In this document: positions 40,543 through 50,359 of the stretch, piece by piece
Numbering within the stretch: position 1 is the first letter of the stretch
How the letters are laid out: each line of letters starts with the position of its first letter
Assembly: GCA_963827685.1 (NCBI GenBank)
Contig: CAWHBU010000002.1
Location: forward strand, 448,001 to 512,000
Source: an uncultured delta proteobacterium
GTDB lineage: Bacteria; Desulfobacterota; BSN033; UBA1163
DNA length: 64,000 bases
Direction of reading: 5' to 3'
The notes under the pieces: model-generated
Told to the model about the DNA's origin: nothing
Seen by the model: the letters and a program-made list of their open reading frames with translations, nothing else
Databases searched by the model: none
Position numbers and translations under genes: made by a program

Positions 40543-40692
40543 CTCAGACTTCCTTTCTCATTGAAAGCCTAACAGTGTATTTTCTTTTCTATTATGCCTA
40601 GTCAGAGGAAATAATCAATTCCTTTATAAATGTCGCCTTTTACACAGAAGGCAAAGGACTTTGAGGCTTTCACCTGCAAGGGTCAGTTTTCA

Positions 40693-40767
40693 GTGTAACA
40701 GGACGCACGAGGCGTTTGATAGGCTGCACCGCGGGACGCCAAATCGCTCTCCATGCGCTTGCGGGGC
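40693..40767 (-). mobile_element. Degenerate attC-like site
   Basis: After the stop codon: GCCCCGC, 5 nt, CATGGAG ... CTCGTG, 6 nt, GTTACAC. Confidence 0.45.
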
Positions 40768-41604
40768 TCACTTTTGTTCTTCGATCTCGACAATACCTGG
40801 GAAACGTTCGCAGAGGAACTCCAAGTAGGCGGCTGTGTTCTTGGCTTTCTGGATTTCTCGATCAGATATAGATTTCCGATGCTTTCGAAAACTGTCGAGG
40901 ACAATCTGGTACAGGACACCACGCCATCTTCGTGACGATGTTCCTTTGACTGCAAGAAAGTTCAGAGTCCTCAATGGTTCATTCACTTTCTCACGGGGCA
41001 CCTGGTACCGCAGTAAGGAGACATCCAAGAGGAGCCGCACCGTCTGATCACTGGCAGAGTGCTCCGTGATTCTCTGCAATTCTTGAAAGGCCTGTTCAGT
41101 CATTACGGAACCTGCAAACTCCAATTCGTTCGCCAGCTTGTAGGCATCCAATATTGCTCTTCCTGCGAAACAGGTTTTCCTCGAAACATAGTTTCCATAC
41201 GTGATGGCGCCCCGTAGTGGTAAGCCCTGCTCAAACATGTATTTGCAGAGGATTTGCGCCGAAAGGATCAAAGCATGCCAACTTCGGATATTGTCGGTTA
41301 GATCCCCTCCTGGCTCGATTGGATTCATCAGTATTATCGTATCTGAAAACGCGGCCCAAGCCACTCTTTCGATATAACGAACAAAGAGAATGGCTTCTTG
41401 GTCATCGGAACCAGCGGTCTCACGAACATACTTGATGACGGTTTCTTCAGCATCGACAATTCTGTCGACAACCAAAGCCGCCGCTTTGACCGAATCATTG
41501 TTCTCAAGAAAGCTTTGGTAACCAAGTATGTCAAACAGTCCTAGTATGCCTGTCTGCACCGTTGACGACGCAGTTTTCATTGTCTGCATTTTCTGGCGAC
41601 CCAA
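40768..41604 (-). CDS. Class III nucleotide cyclase-like protein
   Basis: FDILGY, FSDTI, LRGAITYG, GRAILDAY, resembling the two-Asp cyclase core. Confidence 0.6.
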   Translation of the reverse strand: MGRQKMQTMKTASSTVQTGILGLFDILGYQSFLENNDSVKAAALVVDRIVDAEETVIKYVRETAGSDDQEAILFVRYIERVAWAAFSDTIILMNPIEPGGDLTDNIRSWHALILSAQILCKYMFEQGLPLRGAITYGNYVSRKTCFAGRAILDAYKLANELEFAGSVMTEQAFQELQRITEHSASDQTVRLLLDVSLLRYQVPREKVNEPLRTLNFLAVKGTSSRRWRGVLYQIVLDSFRKHRKSISDREIQKAKNTAAYLEFLCERFPGIVEIEEQK

Positions 41605-41632
41605 ACATTGTATTTTATAGACACTTTATTTC

Positions 41633-42820
41633 CTATAAATGAACTCCTTCCACCATCTTCAGTACGAAAAACTGTAGCTGGTTGCACAGGAAAGTTCCGA
41701 AGGCCTCAGAATCCTCCACCATATTACTCTTAACAAAATAAATCTTCAGGGTTTGAGGGTTGGTGGTATCGATAATCGCACCCTGATTTTTGTCGGCGAT
41801 GGCACCTATCTTTGACAATAAATCAAGGGCATACCGCCGTTGCTCGCTCGTTGGATTCTCTTGTTTGCGAAGCAGGTTGTTAACCATCATTACCAAAAGG
41901 CATACAAACTCGGAAAATGATTCCGTGTTTTTGGATTCCACACGTTGTTCAAGCAACCAGAGCAAGTTGTCCATACATACGAGCGTTCGCACGGCATCCG
42001 GCCAACGAACACGAGCACCACATTTCTCGCACAGCACATCATCAGATGTGCTCCAGACTTTTCTGTCCCCACATTCGGGGCATTTACGAACCATTGCCAT
42101 GTTTCGGATCTGCTTCTGTTCATCCTTGCGCAGTAGCTGATAGAGATAGTCCATATGCTCACGGTTTTTTGGAATACTCATAAACTTTTGAGCCATGGTT
42201 TCCAAATTCGCGACTACCTCCCGGGGCGAACGTCCTTTTGACACCTCGCGGGCGAGGGTGAGTAGGAGGGGCACGTCCAAATTGGTATTCTTGAGGAAGA
42301 ACGATCGGGCCATTTCATCCAGAGTACTTGGGGACCACTGGCAATGCGGACAAGGCATACTCACATAATTGATCAGCCTTCCGCAATTCTGGCAGCTATA
42401 GATTTGCGTGTATGCCGACGGCGCTGTCCCGTCTTCAAATTTCTTTTCGCTGCTAGGGCGCTCACGCTTTAGTTTTTGAAGTTCCCCTTGTAGAAGATGG
42501 CGTTGCTGTTCATCAATTTGAAATTCGCCACTGTTCAACAGCCGTTCCAGAATAACAATAGCGCGGTTTGTAATTACTGCCTTCTTGTAGAAATAGGCCA
42601 ACAGTAAATGTGCTTGAAGTGAGTTGGGATTCCGGTTGACATTAGCCTCTACTGCCCCCTCTGTTTCGACTAGCACCTGACGTGCCTCGTCCAGCCTCCC
42701 CAATTTCTGGAGGGATGATGCCTTTTCGAGCCGCTCGCTAACCTGTTTGAAAAGCATTTCTTCGTACAATAAGTCGGATAGGTTTTGCTGTTTCTTCTTT
42801 CCAAATAGACTAAAGACCAT
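41633..42820 (-). CDS. TPR-like + double zinc-ribbon protein
   Basis: Helical TPR-like N-terminus; CQNC/CPHC and CPEC/CEKC pairs. Confidence 0.7.
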   Translation of the reverse strand: MVFSLFGKKKQQNLSDLLYEEMLFKQVSERLEKASSLQKLGRLDEARQVLVETEGAVEANVNRNPNSLQAHLLLAYFYKKAVITNRAIVILERLLNSGEFQIDEQQRHLLQGELQKLKRERPSSEKKFEDGTAPSAYTQIYSCQNCGRLINYVSMPCPHCQWSPSTLDEMARSFFLKNTNLDVPLLLTLAREVSKGRSPREVVANLETMAQKFMSIPKNREHMDYLYQLLRKDEQKQIRNMAMVRKCPECGDRKVWSTSDDVLCEKCGARVRWPDAVRTLVCMDNLLWLLEQRVESKNTESFSEFVCLLVMMVNNLLRKQENPTSEQRRYALDLLSKIGAIADKNQGAIIDTTNPQTLKIYFVKSNMVEDSEAFGTFLCNQLQFFVLKMVEGVHL

Positions 42821-42844
42821 GATTCCTCCTTGGCTGGTTGATAT

Positions 42845-43720
42845 TTATCGAATATGTCTCAACAGTTCCTCATAGTTCTTGAGGCGATATTCAGTCAGTG
42901 GGTGAATACACTCTAGACAGAAACGCCCGAATGATAACGATCGATCCCTTAGAATGGTCTTTGCATTCTCGAAATACGAGCCAGTCACGATTTCTTCGAC
43001 TGGATCGATTAGGCCAAACCGAAAAGGGAGGACGCCTGTGTTCAACATAATTGCGATCATCCCCAATGAGTAAATATCGGCTTGCGGTGAAAGCGACCAC
43101 GATCCAGAAAATCGTTCAGGAGCCATGAAGATCAGGGTTCCAGCAGCGTAGGACGTGATCATCTCTTCCCGATTCACAAGCCCTTTACGGGCCTTGGTGT
43201 TTGCAAGCATTTGGTCGCCAGCCAATCGCGAAATGCCCCAGTCCGCGATCTGAACCTTCAAAGGTTTTTTAGATAGAATCAGCACATTTGATGGTTTCAA
43301 GTCTAGATGGAGAAGCGTCCAATGGCGATAAGCATAATCCAATCCGCTGATCAATTGGCGAAGAGTGGACAGTACCTCTTTTTCGCTCAAAGACCCGTGT
43401 TCCTTCAATAGGTCATGTAGACTTCCTTCAAGCATGGGCATGATCGCTGCAAGATGGAAGTCAAGTCGCCCAATCTTGAGCAGAGGCAGAATAGCGGGAT
43501 GGTCGAGGGTTACCCAGTGGTTCAGCTCCTGTTCGACAATTCGTTCGTCGTTTGCGAGGTCGAATGTTTTCACTGCAAGACCGGAGCGATAAATCCAGTC
43601 AAATCCCTCTACAGGATCCTTTTTGAGTAGCCAGACTCGACCCATACCGCCGTCTTTAGCGGAAATTACCTGGTAATAGTGACCATCAAGTAGCACTCGC
43701 TTCGTATGTGTGGTTTCCAA
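42845..43720 (-). CDS. Hanks-type Ser/Thr protein kinase (kinase domain only)
   Basis: GGMGRV, AVK, HLDLKPSN, DWG, GT..FMAPE, DIYSLG. Confidence 0.92.
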   Translation of the reverse strand: METTHTKRVLLDGHYYQVISAKDGGMGRVWLLKKDPVEGFDWIYRSGLAVKTFDLANDERIVEQELNHWVTLDHPAILPLLKIGRLDFHLAAIMPMLEGSLHDLLKEHGSLSEKEVLSTLRQLISGLDYAYRHWTLLHLDLKPSNVLILSKKPLKVQIADWGISRLAGDQMLANTKARKGLVNREEMITSYAAGTLIFMAPERFSGSWSLSPQADIYSLGMIAIMLNTGVLPFRFGLIDPVEEIVTGSYFENAKTILRDRSLSFGRFCLECIHPLTEYRLKNYEELLRHIR

Positions 43721-43757
43721 TTGGGACCTCTCAAGGGAAGCAACAAGGGATTTCTAT

Positions 43758-44252
43758 TTAACGACTGAAAAATTTCTTCCCGAACATCATCCCTTTCGGA
43801 TTAACATCAGCAACAATGGTTATATTAAGAACCATTCTAAAATCTGATGCATTAATATCCCCAAAGTATGTTCGAGTATAAATTACAGCCTCCCTATTCC
43901 TTTCCCAAATTGAATAAATAGATCTAGATTTCTCATCTTTCAACTCTTTCGTAGACATCCCATAATCTTCTATTAAATTACGATATACCTTATTCCAAAG
44001 ACCGCTCTCGTCACGAGATTTGGCAAAAGTAGTAATGCAATCCGTTGCAAGACTGATTTTATAGATTTTATTCTCTGTCACACAAACCATCGTTTTCCAA
44101 TTTGCACCCAAATGTTCAACATCTTTTCCACGATATATTTTCTCATCCTCAAAAGCCTGTTCAAAAGTTCTATAATCGGGAACTGAAATTTCTGTTAGTT
44201 CATTCTCAACTTCCAAAACATTTTGCCCAATCTGATAATTTCCGAATTTCAT
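43758..44252 (-). CDS. Hypothetical protein
   Basis: 164-aa AT-rich ORF, co-oriented with short gaps. Confidence 0.65.
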   Translation of the reverse strand: MKFGNYQIGQNVLEVENELTEISVPDYRTFEQAFEDEKIYRGKDVEHLGANWKTMVCVTENKIYKISLATDCITTFAKSRDESGLWNKVYRNLIEDYGMSTKELKDEKSRSIYSIWERNREAVIYTRTYFGDINASDFRMVLNITIVADVNPKGMMFGKKFFSR

Positions 44253-44283
44253 TTTTTGCCTTCCACCCCCATGAGGTTCTCAT

Positions 44284-44805
44284 TTATGCCGATTTTAACC
44301 GTGATGGATACACCGTCGTCTTTACCCTTTGAACGATCTTTGCTAACTCCAAGAGCCCCATACTCTTTAAGGCATCTGTGTCGTCTAGAGACATCCCTAA
44401 TAGATTTTCAACCATCCTGCTTCGGCTAAGATTTAAAGCTTGAGCTAGGATATCCACCTTCTCAAGAATATCCCGATCAATTGTTATAGCTACTTTAATT
44501 CTGGCTTCCTTTCCGAAGCTCACCGAAAAAACCTCGTCCTCAGTAAACGTAACACTATCATCGCTCTTTAAATCTCCGACTCCCATCGCAGCAGGCTCAA
44601 ACCCCAGGACAGTACCGCTAAATGTACCATCAGCCTTCTTTAAAATATTCTTCACAAGAACAGATCGATCATTGTAGTGCAGGATCACTATATTCCCCTC
44701 CTCTACAGGAAGACCAATTTCTAACCGTTTCCCAGGTACGTAGCCGCTATGACCATAAATAATCCCCATCCCCTTTGGGCGCTTTATAAATTTCCACATT
44801 GTCAT
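44284..44805 (-). CDS. Protein with C-terminal ribbon-helix-helix (CopG-like) domain
   Basis: IKVAITIDRDILEKVDILAQALNLSRSRMVENLL; GGAGGT RBS. Confidence 0.7.
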   Translation of the reverse strand: MTMWKFIKRPKGMGIIYGHSGYVPGKRLEIGLPVEEGNIVILHYNDRSVLVKNILKKADGTFSGTVLGFEPAAMGVGDLKSDDSVTFTEDEVFSVSFGKEARIKVAITIDRDILEKVDILAQALNLSRSRMVENLLGMSLDDTDALKSMGLLELAKIVQRVKTTVYPSRLKSA

Positions 44806-45055
44806 ACCTCCATAAACATACTTTAGATTACATACCTTATTCTACTATGTTCAAATTGAATTGTCAATGAAACCATTTGACTAAGCAAAGAAAATGCAAT
44901 TTGACAAACCCCCGGGCATTTGCCGCCTTGAAATTAAACCCTCCTGTCTTGTAACTAACTGTAAACACAGAGCTTTCTGATCTCTAAGGAGTTTTTAAAT
45001 CTAATGCACCTTGAGGGATTCATCCATAGCAGGTGGTGTCGCATGATCGCTTGAT

Positions 45056-45805
45056 TTATTTCCCTTCGTGGCTAATTTCTTCAAGGTATTTTGAGATTTC
45101 CTCGTGGGTGGGTTTTTTAACATTGGTAACGTAATAATCATGGAATAAAAGGTCACCCATCTTATTACATTCGGTTATACCTTCTTCTACAACCTCTCCG
45201 ACAGCTACGTCCATTGGAACTAATATTCCAATCATTGCATAAGTGGCTTCAAAGCTAATCTCTTCAATCTCAGACCTATATTTATGACTGATTGTTTCAA
45301 ATCCTCTTTTTAGGGTATTCCGATGAGTTTCTGAAAATGGGAGACTATTTTTCGAACTGACAATAAAGTAATATCTGAGCTTGTTGTCCTTCCCTCCCAG
45401 TCCTGTTGATATAAACCCACTTTCCTCCTGCAAAAGAACGCTTTCAAGGAAGGTTCTGCATTCCTTCAGAGATAATAAAGCCCAATCTCTCAAATTCCCT
45501 TCTGAAATCTTTAGATATTTTTCAAGTATTCTACACGACTCTGCAGTTCCAAGATGAGCCAAAAGGATTAATATCCTTTTCTTTAGTTCAATAGGGGTAT
45601 GCTTATCAAATAGTTTATCACTCTCCGTTAAGACTTCTTCATAATCGACATTGTCGAAGTCCATTGTTTCTGAGAAACTAAAATATTCCTGCTGTATGGA
45701 CAAATCGATCGGTTCGTCAATTAGGGCAAAGCTGTCCAAAACATCTTTAGAATTTTTGTGATTATCTTTATTTCTTTTCACGTCATTCATAAGGGAGACC
45801 CACAA
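45056..45805 (-). CDS. Hypothetical protein
   Basis: 249-aa ORF with no competing long ORF. Confidence 0.7.
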   Translation of the reverse strand: MWVSLMNDVKRNKDNHKNSKDVLDSFALIDEPIDLSIQQEYFSFSETMDFDNVDYEEVLTESDKLFDKHTPIELKKRILILLAHLGTAESCRILEKYLKISEGNLRDWALLSLKECRTFLESVLLQEESGFISTGLGGKDNKLRYYFIVSSKNSLPFSETHRNTLKRGFETISHKYRSEIEEISFEATYAMIGILVPMDVAVGEVVEEGITECNKMGDLLFHDYYVTNVKKPTHEEISKYLEEISHEGK

Positions 45806-46198
45806 TTATTAGTCAGTCCATAATCGTATGGACACAGAAGACTAAATCCCTCCTCCCCTCCCTTTACAAAACGGATTCCCCTCTTTGGAAAAGAGGGGTT
45901 AGGGGAGATTTTCTGAAGAATATGTCTGCTCAATTATAGACCTCTTAGTTACTCGTTCATTGCTGAACTGGTTTCGGAAGCCCTGTACTACGAGTAAAAA
46001 TGTACGCCTTTTGGTAAAAACTGTCAAACATCAAAGAAAGTATATGATTTATCGGATAGGTTAAAGGAGGAGGAAAGTATCGGCATCAGAAAATCCCTCC
46101 TGACCCCCCTTTGCCTACCTGCGGCAGGTAGCTGCCAAAGGAGGGAAGGGGATCAGAAAATCCGCCTCTTGGGGTTTAGAAAGGAGGAGTAGGGTGTC

Positions 46199-46519
46199 CT
46201 ATCCGAGTCTCACCGGTTCTTTTGACAGTTTTTCTTCCCGCTCCTTTGCCTCCTTCTCCGTTTCCCATATGGAGATGACCGGGAAGAGTTTTGAGAAGAG
46301 GACGAAAGCCAGAGTGAACCCTGCACAAAGACCCGCCGTCATAGACTACTCCACCCAAGAAGGAGTGTAAGCACCCCGTGCGTATGGAAGACGGGGCTCG
46401 CTGAAGGAGGGGATGATAATGAGGAACCGCTCGAGCCACATCCCGATAATGATGCAAATGGAGGAAACCGTCAGTCCAGAGATGGTGCGCTTGAAAACCA
46501 ATATGGGAAAGGTCAAAAT
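46199..46519 (-). pseudogene. NrfD/PsrC/ActC-family membrane subunit, C-terminal fragment
   Basis: Manual translation: IIIGMWLERFLIIIP...YTPSWVE*...FSKLFPVISIWE; internal TAG at 46346-46348; no 5' part. Confidence 0.75.
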
Positions 46520-46622
46520 TTATTTGACATTAACAAGAGATTGGATATTTAATAGTCTCATGTGGCAAGCAGTCTGTTGGCATTTGGATGGGGTTTGGTG
46601 GGAGTCCAAAACTCTAAGAAGA

Positions 46623-46685
46623 AAAGCCCTTGTAGTATTAGGCCTGCCTTCGGTAGGCGGAGAGATTCAGACTACAAGGGCTTTC
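46623..46685. terminator. Long hairpin, possible bidirectional terminator, with a palindrome inserted in the loop
   Basis: AAAGCCCTTGTAGT ... ACTACAAGGGCTTT 14-bp stem. Confidence 0.4.
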
Positions 46686-46964
46686 TTATTCTTTACTTAA
46701 AGTTAAAGTATATTATTAGTATTAATATCACATTCATTTGATATTATTTGCTAATAAATATTTCGACATCAAACCAAAATTGAGGACAAAGAGGAAGAAG
46801 AAAGAGAGGGCCGCGCCGCTTAATTCTCAGGCAGAGGTAAGTGGTATGGTATTTACATTTGGTGAGATCATTATCAAGGACTTCCTGTAGGGAGCACTTC
46901 CAAAGATTCCTAAAATTGAAATGTTATTAGGAGACTTATCAGAATCATTCACTAATGCTCTCCG

Positions 46965-47333
46965 TTAGTCCACTCCCCCCCTCTTTGGTGAATGGATAGG
47001 CTCCCTTTTGCTTCCGACCTTGTACCAATAACGACCTGTATTCTGTTCTCGAATTTTGTACTTACCTTTAATCGAAACAAACTCCCAGGGATGCTGAAGA
47101 TCATCATAGTATCCAACTGGCTTGGCATCAAAACCCGGCCTCTTTGACCTTTCTTGAAACCATACCAACCCGCAGTAAGTACATCTATATACGGTTTCTC
47201 CTTCTTTTTTGGGGGTCCGAACTCCCGGCGGGAGCCAGTTAGGTTTTTTTCTAATATGATATAATTTGCTTTTGCTCCCCCCAGTGCAGGTAGGTGAAGG
47301 ACAATGTGGTTCATACCGTTTCATGCAAAGCAT
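46965..47333 (-). CDS. Small zinc-finger hypothetical protein
   Basis: CPSPTC ... CTYC. Confidence 0.55.
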   Translation of the reverse strand: MLCMKRYEPHCPSPTCTGGSKSKLYHIRKKPNWLPPGVRTPKKEGETVYRCTYCGLVWFQERSKRPGFDAKPVGYYDDLQHPWEFVSIKGKYKIREQNTGRYWYKVGSKREPIHSPKRGGVD

Positions 47334-47711
47334 TGTTATTTTCTGACAAGAGGCAAATCACACAATAGAGATTTCAATGACTTAGGGAAGCTAATCATTC
47401 CTGCAATTCCTACCACACCCGGAAGAGTAATGGGTATAGATTTTCAAGATGCTTTTCACTCTTTCCCGCCTTATCTTCTCAGAGGCAATAACTGCTATTA
47501 AAGCAGGAATTAGAGAAATACGGTGTCTATATTAATCTCCAGACCATATACCCACTCACTGTGGGTTAGAGACTAATAGAGGATGGTTTTAGTCTCAATC
47601 AGGAGTGTATTAGATTTTGAACAGGGTGTCAATGGTGAAGGGAGGTGATTTCCTATCTGTCAAAGATTGGGTCATTGGTAATACAATATTTTTTAAAGGT
47701 TAATACCTTAT

Positions 47712-48284
47712 CTAAGTTACCTTTGGGATGAGTTTTTTACCCATCTCCCACGCCTGACCCACTTCCGCACCCAATGCGAGATATTTGCGCTCCGGTACGG
47801 AGAGTATGAGCGGAGCAATTTTCCGCAGATCGGGAAGCCCACCCGTAAGGTAGCGCTCGTCGCTGTACGATGCAATGATCTCCCCTATAAAGACTTCATC
47901 GGCCGGAAGGTCTATTGTTTGAACCACCTTACACTCGACATTAAAAGGACATTCCTTGATCATAGGTGCTGTTTTCAGCTTGCCATAGAATGTTTCGAAC
48001 ATCTTGGCCTTGTCGTATTTGTTTCCTGACACGATGCCGCAGTAATCAGTGACGTCGGCCATCGCCGCCGATGGAATGTTAACGCTGAAAGTGCCGTTCT
48101 CTTTGATACCGGGGTTTGTGTAATGTGCCTTGCCGAGCGCAATCATGATGTACGGCGGTTTGACGTTAACCGTGCTGAACCAGGCAACCGTAAGGTAATT
48201 GGGTTTGCCTCCTACGTTGACGCCGACCAACGAACAAGGCATCGGGTAACAGATGGTCTTAGCACTCAATTCAATCTTCTCCAT
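47712..48284 (-). CDS. Flavin reductase / flavoredoxin family protein
   Basis: YPMP, FSVNIPS, DYCGIVSG, APMIKECP, FIGEI. Confidence 0.9.
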   Translation of the reverse strand: MEKIELSAKTICYPMPCSLVGVNVGGKPNYLTVAWFSTVNVKPPYIMIALGKAHYTNPGIKENGTFSVNIPSAAMADVTDYCGIVSGNKYDKAKMFETFYGKLKTAPMIKECPFNVECKVVQTIDLPADEVFIGEIIASYSDERYLTGGLPDLRKIAPLILSVPERKYLALGAEVGQAWEMGKKLIPKVT

Positions 48285-48384
48285 GTTGGGGTCCTCCTTA
48301 AAAGTTATTATAGCACCATTTAGCCATCCCCCGAACCTCTTTTTTATTCAATTCCTGCTGCCATTGTGCTAACATAAATAGCTG

Positions 48385-48538
48385 AGGATCCAGAATCGAG
48401 GAGTCAGAATTCAGAAGAAGAAGATGACTTACAACGGATTTTCAAGATTTATTTGTCTGGCAAGAGGCACATCAATTTCTGTCTTGACAGTTTATCGATG
48501 TTTCTATTCTGGATTCCGGCTCCTGACTCCTGAATTCT
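48385..48538. repeat. Heptamer repeat inverted pair
   Basis: CCAGAAT/CGAGGAG/TCAGAAT/TCAGAA versus TTCTGGA/TTCCGGC/TCCTGAC/TCCTGAA. Confidence 0.55.
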
Positions 48539-48540
48539 AA

Positions 48541-49350
48541 GTGGAGAAGATTTCATTGAATCTGCAAAGAGCACTGATTCAGATATGGGCCTTTGTGTTT
48601 AAGAATTGGATCATCGCGAAGCGGAATGTCTTCACCGTCTTCGAAATCCTCTTCTGGCCCGTTGTTGGATTTTTTTCCGTTGGGCTTTTGACAAGCTTTC
48701 TGGAGCTGGATTCCAACAAAACCGGATTCATTCTCATCGGTATCATTTCCATGAGTGTGATTCAGGTCTGTCAGATCGATGTGGCCTATGTCCTTCTCTA
48801 CGATCTCTGGTCAAAATCCCTCAAACATACTTTCATCGCCCCCGTCCAGTCTTTTCAATTAATTTTGGGCTCCTGGCTGATTGGTGTCATCCGATCCTTC
48901 TTCGTCTTTCTACTGCTTTCGGTTTTCAGCAGTCTTGCCTTCGGGTTCGACTTTTTAAGACCGGGCATCGGTCCTCTCGTCGTCTTTCTCTTGGGCCTTT
49001 TCCTCACCGCAGCGTCAGTCGGTATGAGCGTCTGTATTTTGGTCCTCCTTTTTGGATATATGGCGGATGTCGCAGCCTGGTCCTTGAGCAGCTTGATGGC
49101 CCTGGTCTGCGGAATATACTATCCTGTATTCATTCTTCCCTTTCCCCTGCCTGAAATAGCCCAGGCCATTCCGCTGACCTACTTTCTAGCATACTTTCGT
49201 TCCTTTTATGGATTTAACGAAGGGTTCAAAAACGTTTTAGGCTGGGGATTTGGTTTAGCGAGCCTTTACGTTGTCGTTGAAGCATTCCTTTTCAAAGCCG
49301 TACTTCAACGTGCCAGAAGGACAGGTGTGCTTATTAAGCTGTCAGAGTAA
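48541..49350 (+). CDS. ABC-2 type transporter permease
   Basis: Six TM helices, GIYYPVFILP...AQAIPLTY. Confidence 0.85.
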   Translation: MEKISLNLQRALIQIWAFVFKNWIIAKRNVFTVFEILFWPVVGFFSVGLLTSFLELDSNKTGFILIGIISMSVIQVCQIDVAYVLLYDLWSKSLKHTFIAPVQSFQLILGSWLIGVIRSFFVFLLLSVFSSLAFGFDFLRPGIGPLVVFLLGLFLTAASVGMSVCILVLLFGYMADVAAWSLSSLMALVCGIYYPVFILPFPLPEIAQAIPLTYFLAYFRSFYGFNEGFKNVLGWGFGLASLYVVVEAFLFKAVLQRARRTGVLIKLSE

Positions 49351-49454
49351 CCCTTGTGATTTTGGATTGCGGATTGCGGATTTCGGATTGTTGCCCCGTA
49401 GTTTCGTGTATTCGATAAATTCGCTATGCGCCATGCGCTATGCACTTTGCGTTT

Positions 49455-50249
49455 TCACAGGGCTTCCCACATTCGTTTCAGCTTCTCTTTGCTGATCTTG
49501 AGGTAGTCCCTGTCCTTGGAGAAGACTTCGAGGGTAATGGTTTCATCGTATTTGGCCTCATTGAGTTCTCTCATAATCTTTTCGAAATCAATAATCCCAG
49601 CACCAATTGGCAAATGACTATCATCCTTTCCGAAGTTGTCATTGGCGTGGACGTGGCCGATTCGGTAACCATAAAGGCGGATAAACTCCGAAGATCTATT
49701 CTTCCCACCGCCAAGATTGGCATGGCCAATATCCAAAGTGAGCCGGATTTCCGGAAAGGTTTCGAAAACGGGCTGGAATTCATGAGGTTGGGAGAGAAAG
49801 TGGGCTTGAGGAAACATATTTTCAATGCAGAGGGTGATATTGAGGTTGACGGCCTTCTTCAAGATGGCTTCGAGAGATTCCATGGCGTATCCCTTGGCTT
49901 TATCCAGAAGGAATTTTCCTAAACCGGTGATGAACCCAGGGTGGAGCACGACTTTTTCAATTCCCAATTCTGCCGAAGCCTCCAGAGCTACAAAATTTTC
50001 TTGAAGGGAAGCCCTCCTTAGGCTTTCGTAGAGGTCTGAGGTCCAGACAAAGGTAGGGAGATGTGCGGTAATGCCCAGTCCATATTGATGAAGGACCTCC
50101 AGGATCGCCCGTTTTTGTGCCAATATTTTTTGAGGGATAGCTTCGGGAGGATCCATCGTCAGTTCCACATAATCGAAACCCATCTCCCCGATCTCTCCTA
50201 TCTCCCTTAAGAGAGGCTTTATCGGAAAATTCATCGCTCCGAATTTCAT
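49455..50249 (-). CDS. Sugar phosphate isomerase/epimerase (AP endonuclease 2 TIM barrel)
   Basis: GFDYVEL, IEN, LDIGHA, HANDN...D.H...G.G, TLEV. Confidence 0.88.
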   Translation of the reverse strand: MKFGAMNFPIKPLLREIGEIGEMGFDYVELTMDPPEAIPQKILAQKRAILEVLHQYGLGITAHLPTFVWTSDLYESLRRASLQENFVALEASAELGIEKVVLHPGFITGLGKFLLDKAKGYAMESLEAILKKAVNLNITLCIENMFPQAHFLSQPHEFQPVFETFPEIRLTLDIGHANLGGGKNRSSEFIRLYGYRIGHVHANDNFGKDDSHLPIGAGIIDFEKIMRELNEAKYDETITLEVFSKDRDYLKISKEKLKRMWEAL

Positions 50250-50281
50250 TGCACACCTCGTGACTGGTCAGTCCTAAGATC

Positions 50282-50339
50282 GTAGCACCCCCATTTACTG
50301 GGCGCGAGCTGTCTCGCCGGCAATAAATGCCGACGCTAC
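50282..50339. repeat. GTAG-type REP doublet
   Basis: GTAGCACCCCCATTTACTGGGCG ... CGCCGGCAATAAATGCCGACGCTAC. Confidence 0.5.
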
Positions 50340-50359
50340 CTCTTTAAACTCCTAACCCC

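Noticed and set aside
46176-46457. 93-aa ORF from the track
   Set aside because: Alternative frame of the NrfD fragment.
48541-49350. Orphan ABC-2 permease as a novel system
   Set aside because: The partner ATPase may simply be encoded elsewhere; nothing else unusual.
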